Positions 50,099 to 62,006 of a stretch of DNA of 64,000 bases are shown in pieces. This DNA is from a virus. Lineage: Duplodnaviria > Heunggongvirae > Uroviricota > Caudoviricetes. Where the stretch lies: the IMG/VR virus record IMGVR_UViG_3300025644_000002; one strand, written 5' to 3'. The translations under genes were made by a program, and so were the position numbers. Below the pieces are notes generated by a model that made no database searches, was not told the origin of the DNA, and saw only the letters and a list, made by a program, of their open reading frames with translations. How positions within the stretch are numbered: the first letter of the stretch is position 1; each line of letters begins with the position of its first letter.

Positions 50099-52162
50099 TT
50101 AACTAACCTCGTTAACTTCTTCAGTATGTATTTTTAGGGCAGCGTATAACATATCTTTTGTGTCTATTAATTGTTTAAAAACCATATTTTTGTATTTTTC
50201 TATTCCCTTAAATTTAGCTATCTCTTCGTCAGACATACTAATACCTAAAAATCCAGCTCAGTTTTCTAAAAACTTAGTAGATACTACGCCATCTTTATTT
50301 ATTAGACAATTTGCTAATTTAACTCCTTCAGTGATGAGAGCTCCAGTGTCTAGAATTTCAGCTAAATCTGAAAGATTTCCGTCTCTTAGCTTTGCTATAA
50401 CTCCATTATTTAATAAATCACTTTCTAAACTCTGAATTACAGTTTCTAAATACTGCTGTATAGCACTAAACCCTTCTATACTTTCTACAGTCCTTGTAAA
50501 TATATTACATAATTCGGCTTCCTGTCTATCTAATACTTGCTGTTCGCTCAAAGCTACCCTAGCGGCCTGAACTCCTGCAATAGTTTGGGTAGAGTTATGA
50601 ATAAGCCCTAAAACATCAAAAGATAGAGGTCCTAAGTATTTTTGAGCAATCTCAAAAGCAACATCTCCAGGTTCAGTATTCTCGTGCTTATTATTAATAT
50701 AAGTTTTTAACGACTCTAATGCAATACCTGCTTGTTCAAAATCATATTGAATTGTAAAAGGATTAATACCTCATTTACGTTCAAAAAAAGAATTCTCACC
50801 CGTAAGCACAGCTAGTCCGGCATCAACAGAAGAAATTTGAGACACTCATTTAAACTTTACTTGCCCATGAGTGCTAGAGTGAAGACTAGCAGCCTTTTTT
50901 GTAGCAATCATGTCAGATTCAACATCCCTTAGTTGTCTAAGAGCTGGGTCAAGTAGTGTTTTTCCAAGATTAGAGCTATCTTGTATAAAATCTCAATAAC
51001 TAGGAAAAGCCAAAATAGCAGCTTCAGCTCCCTGCCCTAATACCATCAGTTGTTTTCAGGTAGTTTTATTTGTAGCTGGGTCAGAAAAAACACTTGAAGC
51101 TGTCCTCGTAATATCAGATGCTATAAAATCCTTTCACTCACTAGAACGAAGTGGGTGTAATAACTTCCTAAGACGCTTCCTAGATCAACTACTAAGACTG
51201 AGCACTATAGGAAACTTTTCAACTAATATGTTTGTTGAATTTGAAACAACTGTATATAATGATAATGTTCTTAATACCTCTGGAAATAGTCTTAAAAGTT
51301 TGGCAGAAAATTCTTTAAAATCATCAGAGGGTTTCCCATTTTCATCAAAAAATTTATCCTTTACGCTAGAACTAAGACTATTAAAATAAGATATTCAATT
51401 GTTTAACCACTCTCCAGTAGCTATAGCAGCGTCTGGATTGGTTAGTAAGGGTTTTTCTAATCCATACTCATTATGAAGATCTTCAACTTCTCGTAAAATG
51501 GCACTATATTGCTCACTTGTAAGATCGTCGATAGCGTTTTGAAGTTCTAATCTGGCAACCTTAATATTATCAATATTAATATTAACTTGTTCAGCATTTT
51601 TATTTAATTGTTTGCCCCTTTCTATTCCCACTATTCTTTCAGCAATTTGTATATGTCGTAGACTTTTAGCAATGTTAGCAAAAAAGTCCGGAGTAGTAGC
51701 TCCCGCATTTAATCCTTGTAACGCTTTTACAAATTCTAAAATAATATCTAACTCAGTTAATAAGGCTTTTGCAAACTCATCACGTATTCGTAGCTGGGTT
51801 TCTAAAGTCTGTGCCGCCCAGTATAATAAAACAATCTCAGTACTTGGTACAAATGTTAAAAGCAAAGATGTTGCTCCCGCCCAAGAACTTAAGAAATCCC
51901 CATGTAGTAAATTAGAAAACAATGAATTTTTTAAAGCTCCTCAACTAGCCCCTCCAAAATCCTCTAAGAGGGCTCCTATAGTTATTACGAAATTACCACC
52001 TAACTTAGATGCAATTAAATTAATAGCTTCTTGAGTATCTTGCCCTAATTGCTCAGTAGCTTCTTGTAGCTTATCTGCGATTGCTGATGAGTTACAAGTA
52101 TCTCCCGAAATGCCAAGAGCACTTAATGAATCATTTAATCCTAATTTAGTAATTATACTCAT
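50099..52162 (-). CDS. Large helical hypothetical protein, 687 aa (about 9 TGA)
   Basis: Three track ORFs in one frame; only TGA interrupts. Confidence 0.65.
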
Positions 52163-52878
52163 TATATGATACTATCTAAAGTAGTAGCTAATTCTTCCTT
52201 TCGTTTTTTTAAGTTAGCAGCGCTTAGTTTTAATTCTTTTTGAATATCTTTATTTCTTAAGATGCCCTGACCACCTATACCAAAAGTATATTCTAATATT
52301 TTTTTATCTATAGGATCAGCATCAAAGTATGTAAATTCCAACGCTTCTTTTGATTTATTAAAACTGCCAGGTTTAGCATGAAAATAAAAGCCACCTATAT
52401 CCTCTTTATCCTCTGGTAAAGAAATAGATAAATCCTTCCTAAGCTCTGTTTGTAGTCTTTCGATTTCAACTGGAGGCAAATTCATAGCATCCGCCAACTC
52501 TGTAATAGTAGGCTCTCTACCTTTATCAGCTTCTAAATTATCAAAAATAGCATTATACTTTCCTATAATTAAGGCTCTAGGTTCTGGTATATGTCCAACA
52601 TTTTGATAATTAGTAACAAATCTACTTAATTTCTTTAATCAATTAGTTACATGAGTATTTAACTGAGCTTTGCTAGGATCATATGTGTTTAAAGAGTCGC
52701 TAGCTAGCCTATGAGCCTCTAACTCAATAGCCATTGGCGGAAGTCCCGAATTAGTAAATTTGTTCGCCTGACCCCTAATTAGAGGCTTAAGGGAGGTTAA
52801 TAATTTAGTTCTAGCTTCATTGTCGCCAGATCTATATTGATTAAATAATTCTAATTCTTTTTGTTTTAAAGTAGTCAT
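52162..52878 (-). CDS. Sigma-70-like transcription factor, 238 aa (TGA at conserved region 2.3 Trp, 52639)
   Basis: GDNEARTKLL, YDPSKAQLNTHVTN-W-LKK (cf. FDPxKGxKFSTYATWWIRQ), HIPEP, GREPTITELA. Confidence 0.82.
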
Positions 52879-53996
52879 TATGATAATAGGTTTTGTATTT
52901 TAAAAGTTGTTAATCTATTTTTTATTTCTAAAATAGTTAATAGAGAAAGTTGAAAATTTAAAAATTCATTCTCATCAATTGTCGCAGTACTAAATGCTCC
53001 AGTAGAGTATTTTCCTAAATCTTGAAAAAATGAGTCTATCTGATCTCAACCACCCGGAAATTGCGTACTCAATACAGCTGACACATTGGAAATGCCGGCA
53101 GATAGCTTATTTTTATAATCATCTTGTAAAGCTTTTATATTTTCTGAAACCTTCGCATAAAAATTTAAGGACGTTAGATCCTCTAAGTGGTTTTGTAGAG
53201 AAGCTGACGGTATATGATCTAAATCAGGCAGTGACTCTAAACTAACATCGTATTCTTTTAATATAAGTAATTTATTTGTTTTATCCAGTACACTATTTAT
53301 ATTATTTAAGTAAGCTTGATCTACGCTTGCGTCTACTGTTGTGTACAGTGTTTTTAAGTTATCATCCGTAACTATACTAGGAAAGGTCAAGGTGTGTTTT
53401 AAGACTATTCAGCTCATAGAAAAGCTAGCTACCTTATCTTGTGCAGCGTTATAACCGCCTCTAAAATTTAAAGGATACCCCCAAATAGTATGATTCATTA
53501 TTTTCATAATGGCTATACTGTTATTTTGAACTAATTTAGTACCGCGCAATATATCATCATACATTTTTATTAAACTACTTTGATGAAAATGTTCCCAAGC
53601 CCTCCCACTTTCACTTGCGTAATCTATAGCTGTTCCTGCAAAATTATAGATTCTTATTGAATCCCCAAAAAATGAAATAGCTGGTGAATCAAAAGTTTCA
53701 TTTAATTGCGCCTTCTCTTTATATGTAAAATTAAGGGAATGAAGGAAAAATTTATTAGAACGATGAGTTACTTCTCCAGGGTCTTTAGAGTATACCATAA
53801 GCACTGCTCCAACGTCAGTCATATTTTCTATTTCTTCAGCTAAGTTATTAGGTGAAGTTTTTTCTACACCCAAATCTGGAAGAAGAGTTCCTAATAGTTG
53901 GTTTCCTACGTTTAAAAATGGAGAAATAAGGTTATTTACACTTCCTTTAATTTCATCTTGTATAGCGTTTATAGCTCGTGATACGTGATCTGTCAT
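52878..53996 (-). CDS. Tail tube/baseplate-associated protein, 372 aa (2 TGA)
   Basis: Joins 53409..53996 and 53046..53390; TAATG coupling at both ends. Confidence 0.6.
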
Positions 53997-54007
53997 TACT
54001 GTGCTCC

Positions 54008-56311
54008 TTAGACAACCTCAGACTTTAATGTAGTTTTAAAAGCCTCTATTACTTGAGCGTATCTAGTAATATTGTAAGGTAAAAACATATCTGAAGTAGT
54101 TTTCCTTAACTCTGCTTCTACTCATTCTTTTGTAGACTTTGATTGAGAAAATTTGGTACTAACCTCCTCTTCAGACTTTACCATTAAAAGCCCCCTTAAA
54201 TTATTGGCCTTATCAAGTAAAGTTGCAGGGTCTTTATAATCTTTTTTATTACCAGTGTTGCTAACGTTTAAGTATGTTAAATAAGAATTCTTATCTATTA
54301 AATCTCTTCAAGTAATTTTATCAGTAAATTTTTGAAGATTAGTTTTAGAGTGTCTAGCTTGTATATATAAACTCTTTATTTTTTGAATGGCTAAATACAT
54401 ATATTTAGTATAGGTTACAGACAAAGAATCATCTTCCTTTATTAATTCATTTGATTTTAATAAATTATCGGGAGTAGAATAGTCTCGTAAAAAATGAAGA
54501 ATGGAGTGGTCAACTCTAGAAGTAGTCTTCATGCTTTCTAAGTTAGCGTTATAATTAACAAACGGAGGATTATTGACAAATGGAGGACTAGCAGGAGCTC
54601 CGGCTTTAGATAAATCTAAAAATTTACCCCTTTTTGAGCCTTTACCAAATAATAAATAACTATAAGTATCCATTCCTATTTTATCAAAGTTATAGAGGTC
54701 TTCATTATATAAACGATTATTAATGGGTAAATAGGGGTCGCTGGTAAAATTATTAATAATAAATTTATTAAAAGTATTAATGGAAGTTGATGTGGAAGAA
54801 AAGGGCCCATCTAATTCTTCATCATATAGTACTCTAGCGTTTCTCAAATTAATTTTGCTAAATATAGATTTAGGAGTGATGGAGGTTATTATTGAGTGTA
54901 TAACTCCCGTCACAGATGGAGCTCCTATATCAAAAATTAAGGCAGGAACTCCTATCATTCTGTGGGGGTTCCACTCACTTTGTAAACTGCAAGATTTACC
55001 CATAGATTTTTTTCTTGAAAATTCATGTACTGAAAAATCATGTAAAGCTGTTAAAAAAGGAGAGTCTTCTGTAAATGCGGGAGAAGCTTCTTGGCCAATT
55101 AGAGTAAAAATTAAATCCCCATTTATTTGAAACAATTCACTACGAACCCCCCTATATAGCTCTTCCTCTGTAAATCCAGAGTCTACTCCATGTAGCTCAT
55201 CTTTAAAAATTGGAGTATTTGAGGGCACTACGGTGTGAGGTAAATAAGTAGTTAGAGGACCAGCTACGCCCTCATATTTTCCTAAAGGAGTAGTGCTAGT
55301 GCCTGTAAGCCTGGTAGGTATTGATTGGTAATTAATGTCTAAATTAAGAGAATCTAATTGATTAGGAAAAAATACGTTACAAAGTGCAGGAGGGGAATTA
55401 TCTAAATCCGGTAATAAATACATTCTTGTAGGAACTTGACTAGCGTTTGTAGTATAAAATGAATATGAATTTGTAAAGGCTGCAGGGTATAACATTCTAT
55501 AAAATAAAAGATTATAAAATTGAGAAATAATGGACGATAATCCAATAGGCGGCGACTCAATAATACTCATATTAGGGGTACCCATCATTTTTTTCATTAA
55601 ATCTAATTTATTTGCATTAATTTTTTCAGGGTTTGGAAAAGCAAATATAGATTCACTTATTCTAAAAGATTGTGCATTAAGCCCATATAATACGTCGAAT
55701 ACTTCAAAATAAGTACTAAGCGTATGAGTTAATTTTATAAAATTACCAGTTTTTACATTGTCATCATTATTGATGGCTTGCCATAAAAGTCCTCAAATTT
55801 TAAATATATCTAATTTAATACTATTTACGTCGTCAACAGTAATATCTAAAACTTCTTCGGTTTTTTTTAAAACATTTAATTTATAATTAGAAGATTCTGT
55901 ATTTAAATTCTCGGGCTTTATGATATAAGCTTTTGCTGATGCTGTTTTATTTATATAACGATCACTTACTAGCGAAGTAGGGGAGTAGACGGAGGTTTTA
56001 AACAAACCAGCTAAAAGGCTTTGGCATTTGATTGTTACATCTCTACCCACTGGGGTTTTCCTATAACTTTTGCTTTGAATATCCCCTTCAAATAACAATA
56101 CTAATTTCTCTGTAGTACCATTAGAACTTGGACCAAACACTTGTACAATAGTTCCTGGCAAGACCTTTAAAGCCCCAGAGTCTAGTGGGAAGGACATGTT
56201 AGCCGACGGCAGACCTCCTTCCACTTCATTAATGGATATCGAAGAAAATGGAACTTTAATTCCTTCTAGATATAGTTCAAAACTAGATAAATTTCTAACA
56301 GTTTCTTGCAT
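54008..56311 (-). CDS. Baseplate hub-like tail protein, 767 aa (3 TGA)
   Basis: FELYLEGIKVPFSSISINE N-terminus, PALCNVFFP; follows tape measure. Confidence 0.6.
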
Positions 56312-56313
56312 TA

Positions 56314-58740
56314 TTATCCAGATTTCCCATTAGAGTTTAGGTCTTTATTAGAAACTAATGCTGAAATATTAAGGTCGATATTCAGTAAGGCTGTAGTACT
56401 CTTTTTTGTCATTTCTTCCATAGTGTTCCCCATTACAGATAAGTCATTTGCAAATTTTTCATCATTGTTCATAGACTCTCTACGTTTTTCCAATTGTGTT
56501 ACAAGTGTAGTAGGTAGTTGGTCATAATATTGCTGTATTAATTTATCTGTACTATATAACTCATTGACGGTACTGGCAACTTCTTGTCTTGAAAGTTTGT
56601 CTTCTAAATTTATTTCTATATTATCTATAGATCCTCCGCCTTTAATAGAATCATATCTTTCTTTCGTACGTAGCATTACTCCAAAAGCAGCTTTTTCAAA
56701 ATCATCTGGAAATATCTCAGCCATAGCAGCTGTATCAGAAGCTTTAAGTGAAATCATAACTTTATATAGTTCTATATCTTTTTCAGCTAATTTCTCTTCC
56801 TCTGTAAGAATAACTTTTTCACTAAAGACAGCTCTTGCATTCCTTTCTTGTTGAGGAGTTTGAAATAACAGATTACTTCTAGCTATACTCCCTGAAGCTC
56901 TATCTTTTTTTTCTTGTAAGGCTAGACGTCTAACAGATACCCCCTCCATAATCGTTGTAGCATTGTCTAAACGTTCTTCAAGATCTTCTTCCGTCATAGA
57001 TCTGGCCTCTGAACTTGGCCTGAATACTTCATATCCTTTTAAAGAAGTTATTGTATCTTCCATAGCATCAGAAAACTTTGAAGCGCCTTCAGCAAGAAAA
57101 TTACCAACAGCTTTAAAGGGTACTGCTAGCACTCCTGGAGTTTGGGTTACAAATTTATATAAAGCTGTTTCAGTATCTGAGTTTGATTTAATTACTTCAG
57201 TTAAGGCGTCACCCCCACTAAGTATATTAGATTCTTTTGCAAAAGGAAGTTGAAGTAGCATACGTTCAACATCCTGTACCGGGATACCCTGTTGTCTGCT
57301 AATTATACCTATTGTTGATTCAAGGTCTGGAGATCCCATAGCGTCAGCTAAAGTTATACCGGGAGCAAGGGCTCCTAACGATAATTCAAAAGATTTTCTG
57401 TCATTCATATTAGCAGATTGATTGGCAGAAGCTCTAAAAAAGTTAAAGGGGTCATTCATATTAGATCCAATAGCCCCATATAATTCATTAGTATTTAAAA
57501 TTAAGGGTTGCCCTGACGTATTTCCTAAAGTTTGTAAAAAAGCATGGGGTCCACCAGTATATCCCATAAGCTGCTGTTGCATTTTATTAGCTACTGCTCC
57601 TACACCCCCGTAATCTGTTATTAATTCGCTTCCTAAATTAGTTTTAAGAAGTTGGTTGGCGTATCCAGTTAAATCTCCAGCAAGAGAAGCTCCCATTTGT
57701 TGAGAAAGTCCAGTCCCTATGGCCATGTCAGCCCCAGTTAACATAGTTTGAGCAAAGGCTCCACCGCTCATTCCAGCTAATCTAGCTCCGCCAGCCATTC
57801 TTGCAGAATAAGTTCCCATATCGGCAGTACCGACAATCCCCCTTTGTTCTAATTCAGCCATAATTTGGACAGCTTCTTCTTGGAAAGTACCTAAAGCGTG
57901 AGCTACTGTTCTTACGTTGTCTAATAAACCTTTTACAGTTTCTTGAAATCCCTGAGCATCATGTACGTTAGAAAAGCCTCCAGCTTCTCCAAAGTCTAAA
58001 ACATTTGATTGTAGTTCTTCAAGAGAGTACCCTTTTCCTCTAAATTCTGATCCGGAAACCCTATCTACTAAATCTCCAGCTATGTCTCTAGCAGCATTTC
58101 TAGATAGATTTATTCCAGAATATTTTCCCAATTCTTGAAAGCCTTTAGCCATATTATCTCGGGTAGTTATGTCACTGCCAAACACATTAGCGGTCATGTC
58201 CAACATAAGTCCAGTTGACATCCCAGCTATTGCTGGAATAATACCTCCAAATCCTAAAGAGGATCCTAAAGTAGTATATGTGAAATTCCCACTATAGTCC
58301 CCAACACGTTCTGCTAGACCCTCTAATGATCTTTGTTTGAAATCACCATGAGTTATGGGTTGTGTGGGGTCATATCCAAATCCTAAAGAACCTTTCAGTT
58401 CACCTCATGCAGTATTAGGTATTGTGGCCCCCCAAGGGACGTCAGGCATTTGAAAAGAAGGGGCTTGGTTAGGTGGGGAGATTACATTTCGTATACTACT
58501 GACATCTTGCTTAAACTGGTCAAATCCGAGCGACATGTTAGAAGCTTGATTTGCAAAAGTTTCTCAAGCTCTATTAAAAAATCCAGGACCTTCGCTATCC
58601 ATGTTACCAATATTTGGAATTGTGGGGCTAGCGAATGCCTGCCCAATAGTCGCATCTATTTGGTTTCGTACATTAGATAATTGCGACGCTAAATCGGTCT
58701 CATCTAATTTTACTTTATAGGTTACTTCTTGTTCAGCCAT
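56314..58740 (-). CDS. Tape measure-like protein, 808 aa (2 TGA near the N-terminus)
   Basis: Gly/Ala-rich helical sequence downstream of the chaperone pair; ATG at 58740. Confidence 0.65.
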
Positions 58741-58755
58741 TGTGAGGTCTCGTTA

Positions 58756-59166
58756 TTATGTTTGTAAATGTGCCTTTAAATTATTAATGTCAATATTTTC
58801 AAATTCAAGTTCTTTATCTATTGGAATTTTAGTTTCTATTTTTATATTTTTATCTTTAAAATGAGTTTTGAAACTATCCATTTGTGAATCGATAAGAGTT
58901 TTATCGTCTCCGTTCAGTTCTGATTGTCCTAAAATTACTGCTTGATGATATTTTTTAAGTAAATTATTATACTGTTCTACATCTGAAGTCGACTCAAGAT
59001 TTAAGATTTGAGATTTAGCCAGCAAGGTGGTCTCTAAAAATTTTAATGTATCCTCTTCGGCTAAGCCTCTAAGAATTATATACTCTCTTAAAGATCCTCT
59101 TTTCCCGGGGTCGAGCCCTCTAACGATTGCTCTGACTCTTGCTCTGCTGGCTTTTGTCCGAAAAAA
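58756..59166 (-). CDS. Tail assembly chaperone, -1 frameshifted second frame
   Basis: -1 frame is open from the slippery site to 58756 with no ATG. Confidence 0.55.
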   Translation of the reverse strand, partial: FFRTKASRARVRAIVRGLDPGKRGSLREYIILRGLAEEDTLKFLETTLLAKSQILNLESTSDVEQYNNLLKKYHQAVILGQSELNGDDKTLIDSQMDSFKTHFKDKNIKIETKIPIDKELEFENIDINNLKAHLQT

Positions 59167-59522
59167 GATTTTTCTACCCTCTCCAAATTTAGTTCGTTAG
59201 CTAATTCTTTATCAAGAATATTTTGCTCTAAAATTAGTTTTTCGATAAGTAATGACGGAAGCTTTCTTATATAAGTTTCAGCATCTACAAAATCTTTAAA
59301 TTTAATAGCTTTATATTCAATTAGAGTTCTACTTAAAAGTCGAATACTATACTCATGTAATACATAGGCTCTAGACCCCTCTACCACACTCATGCTCCGT
59401 TCAACTTCTAGTTGATCCTCTCCATTAATAGTCCTTAATATAGCTATAAGTTTTTTTGGAATAATATCCACTTCTTTTTCTACATAGCCGTTATCAAACA
59501 GCTGTTCTAAATAATTATTCAT
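59088..59522 (-). CDS. Tail assembly chaperone (first frame)
   Basis: 144 aa directly upstream of tape measure; ends after slippery site. Confidence 0.65.
   Translation of the reverse strand: MNNYLEQLFDNGYVEKEVDIIPKKLIAILRTINGEDQLEVERSMSVVEGSRAYVLHEYSIRLLSRTLIEYKAIKFKDFVDAETYIRKLPSLLIEKLILEQNILDKELANELNLERVEKSFFGQKPAEQESEQSLEGSTPGKEDL
59160..59166 (-). other. Putative -1 ribosomal slippery heptamer T TTT TTC
   Basis: In-phase X XXY YYZ in TCT TTT TTC GGA. Confidence 0.55.
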
Positions 59523-59553
59523 ATTTTACGTCGGTTAATTTAATTTAATTTCA

Positions 59554-59569
59554 TTTTAAATATAAACAA
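59554..59569 (-). promoter_or_regulatory. Putative late promoter for tail module
   Basis: TTGTTTATATTTAAAA, 32 nt upstream of ATG 59522. Confidence 0.5.
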
Positions 59570-59607
59570 CATTGTGGAACTTTCCAAGGATAATTGCCTA
59601 TATTTTT

Positions 59608-59618
59608 TGGTATAAGAA
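59608..59618 (+). promoter_or_regulatory. Putative early promoter
   Basis: TGGTATAAGAA upstream of helicase. Confidence 0.55.
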
Positions 59619-59650
59619 TAATGAAGCGAAGCGATTAACCATTAATTTTT

Positions 59651-61030
59651 ATGATAAAAATTGAAGTGAATAATAAAGCTAAACTGATAAACTTGACAAC
59701 AGCCAACAAAAAATTAGTAAGAGACTACCTAACCATCAGTAACCCTGTATTTAATAAAAAATTAGATATGGGACTTGCTTGCTGGGGAACGCCGTCGCAA
59801 TTAAAATACTTTGAAGATCTTGAAGATGCTATGTATGTGCCAGTAGGCGCGCTTAATGAAATCTTAACCATATTTAAAAACAACCGACAACAGATTTCTA
59901 AAAAGAACATAGTAGATTTAAGATTTTCACACAAAACTGATTCAATTTTCTCTACCTTAAAATTTAAAGGCAAGCTAAGAAACTATCAAGAAGATATAGT
60001 AAATGCCTGTATAGGGAAAACTTGTGGAGTTATTGAGGCTATGACCGGAAGTGGTAAGACTGTAGTATTTGTAAAAATGATAGTAGACAATAAACAGAAT
60101 ACCCTTGTACTAGTTAATACAATGGAATTAGCTAATCAAACTATTGAAGCGATCGCCAAGTTCACAAATTTAAGAAAAAAAGATATAGGATTTATTGGCG
60201 ATGGTAAATTTGATGTGAAACCTATTAGTGTAGGCTTACACCAAACTATGGCTAAATTAAAAGACGAGCGCTGGGATAGTATAAATGATACATTTGGACA
60301 AATTATAGCAGACGAAGTTCATATAGTTGCTGCTGAAACTTACATGGAAACTATGGTACAGTTAAAGGCTAAGTATAAATGGGGATTTTCAGCAACCCCT
60401 AGAAGAGCAGATGGGTTAACAAAGGTTATATTTTGGGCAACAGGTCCTAAGTTACATACAGTACCTAATAGCGCATTAGCAGATGTATTGGTTACACCCG
60501 ATGTACGAATTATACCTACTAAATATACGTTTCCTTTATTTTCTACTCAAGAATATGGTATGATGATTAATGATCTTTCAGAGGATACGGATCGTAACCA
60601 ATTGATTTTAGATACTATTGAAGAAGATTATGAAAAAGGTTATATTTGTATATTATGTCTAAGATTATCGCAGGTAGATTACTTACAAACAAAGCTTAAA
60701 GGGTCTGTTAAACTAACTTCTAAAATGAAGAAAAAAGATCGTAAAGCTGTCATGAAAAAATTAAGAGAAAAAGAAACTAGAATTGTAATTTCTACTTATG
60801 GCCTTTTTAGCACGGGACTAGATATACCACATTTAGACACTCTTATTTTAGCAGCCCCTATAAGATCAGAAGTTAAAATTAGGCAATCAGCTGGAAGACT
60901 TATGAGAAAAAGTGATGGTAAAAAGGGAGCAATAATAGTTGACTTTGTAGATAAAAAGGTTGATCTTCTTAAGTACCAATACTACGCAAGACGTAAAATA
61001 TATAAAACATTAGGAGACTTAGATGATTAG
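59651..61030 (+). CDS. Superfamily 2 helicase (UvsW/XPB-like)
   Basis: AMTGSGKT, DEVH, SAT, TGLDIP, QSAGRLMR. Confidence 0.9.
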   Translation: MIKIEVNNKAKLINLTTANKKLVRDYLTISNPVFNKKLDMGLACWGTPSQLKYFEDLEDAMYVPVGALNEILTIFKNNRQQISKKNIVDLRFSHKTDSIFSTLKFKGKLRNYQEDIVNACIGKTCGVIEAMTGSGKTVVFVKMIVDNKQNTLVLVNTMELANQTIEAIAKFTNLRKKDIGFIGDGKFDVKPISVGLHQTMAKLKDERWDSINDTFGQIIADEVHIVAAETYMETMVQLKAKYKWGFSATPRRADGLTKVIFWATGPKLHTVPNSALADVLVTPDVRIIPTKYTFPLFSTQEYGMMINDLSEDTDRNQLILDTIEEDYEKGYICILCLRLSQVDYLQTKLKGSVKLTSKMKKKDRKAVMKKLREKETRIVISTYGLFSTGLDIPHLDTLILAAPIRSEVKIRQSAGRLMRKSDGKKGAIIVDFVDKKVDLLKYQYYARRKIYKTLGDLDD

Positions 61031-61559
61031 AGAAATAAATAAATTTGGAAGTCCCTTACTAAATGTAAAGGCGGTTCCAGTAGAGATACCAAAAGGCTCG
61101 ACTGGTGGATTAACTTCTGCAGTAGAAGGCGTACGTCAGTGGCCAGAACACATTGTAAACTTTGTAAGAGATTTAACTGAGACTGCCGAATCTATGAAAG
61201 CGAATTGCGCAGGATTGGCAGCGACTCAAATTTATAAAGAAACCGACGGGCCAGAATGCCCCGCAATCATTACCATAAAAAATTTAGATGGGTGGTTGGT
61301 AGCTGTAAATCCAATAGTAAAACCTATGGGTAAAAAAGTAGATATGCTAGAAGCGTGCCTTAGTGGCCCTGGGCAGATTTATAAAGTAAAAAGACGAGCT
61401 AATATTTGGATTTCATATGTAAATTTAGAGTTTGAAGAAATAGAAAGTAAATTATATGGAGAATTTATGCCGGTAGTATTTGCTTTACAACATGAAGTAG
61501 ATCACTTGAACGGCATTACTATAGATAAAATAGGTAAATTAAAACATGGAAAAAACTAG
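61023..61559 (+). CDS. def: Peptide deformylase
   Basis: GLAATQI, EACLS, QHEVDHLNG. Confidence 0.92.
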   Translation: MIREINKFGSPLLNVKAVPVEIPKGSTGGLTSAVEGVRQWPEHIVNFVRDLTETAESMKANCAGLAATQIYKETDGPECPAIITIKNLDGWLVAVNPIVKPMGKKVDMLEACLSGPGQIYKVKRRANIWISYVNLEFEEIESKLYGEFMPVVFALQHEVDHLNGITIDKIGKLKHGKN

Positions 61560-61737
61560 AGATACTTTAATAGAAATACTAAATCAGCATAAGGCTTTAA
61601 GTAATTTAGCTGACGATTTAGCCAATGAGGGGAAATTTTTATCTAGCGATTTAGTAGACGATTATAAAATGAGCATAGAAAGCCAAATATTAAAAACATT
61701 TAACTTGGAGATGGATTCTTATGGACAAATCTCGTAA
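61546..61737 (+). CDS. Small hypothetical protein
   Basis: 63 aa, overlapping operon genes. Confidence 0.5.
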   Translation: MEKTRDTLIEILNQHKALSNLADDLANEGKFLSSDLVDDYKMSIESQILKTFNLEMDSYGQIS

Positions 61738-61954
61738 TTTAACAGCAAGCGAACTTGAGGCAAATATGACCCCAGAACAATTAAGAGAACGTAGAGAAGT
61801 ATTAGCAAAATGTTATATACAGCCTCAAGAATATATAGTTTCCTGTTCTGGAATTCTTACAGTACGCCCTACTACTCCAGAGGAGTGGGCAACAGCTAGA
61901 GAGGATGGAACTCTTTTTGTCGACGGGGCAACTAATTTTTCTCCAAAATTTTAA
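61721..61954 (+). CDS. Small hypothetical protein
   Basis: GGAG RBS, 77 aa. Confidence 0.5.
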   Translation: MDKSRNLTASELEANMTPEQLRERREVLAKCYIQPQEYIVSCSGILTVRPTTPEEWATAREDGTLFVDGATNFSPKF

Positions 61955-62006
61955 TTGGAGTTAACAAAATTTAGCTATATATTTAATAGTTAAACCAAAA
62001 TAATAT

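Noticed and set aside
9382-58740. Fragmented minus-strand ORFs as pseudogenes or assembly frameshifts
   Set aside because: Fragments stay in one frame and are interrupted only by TGA, often at conserved Trp positions; decay or sequencing error would also give TAA/TAG and frame changes
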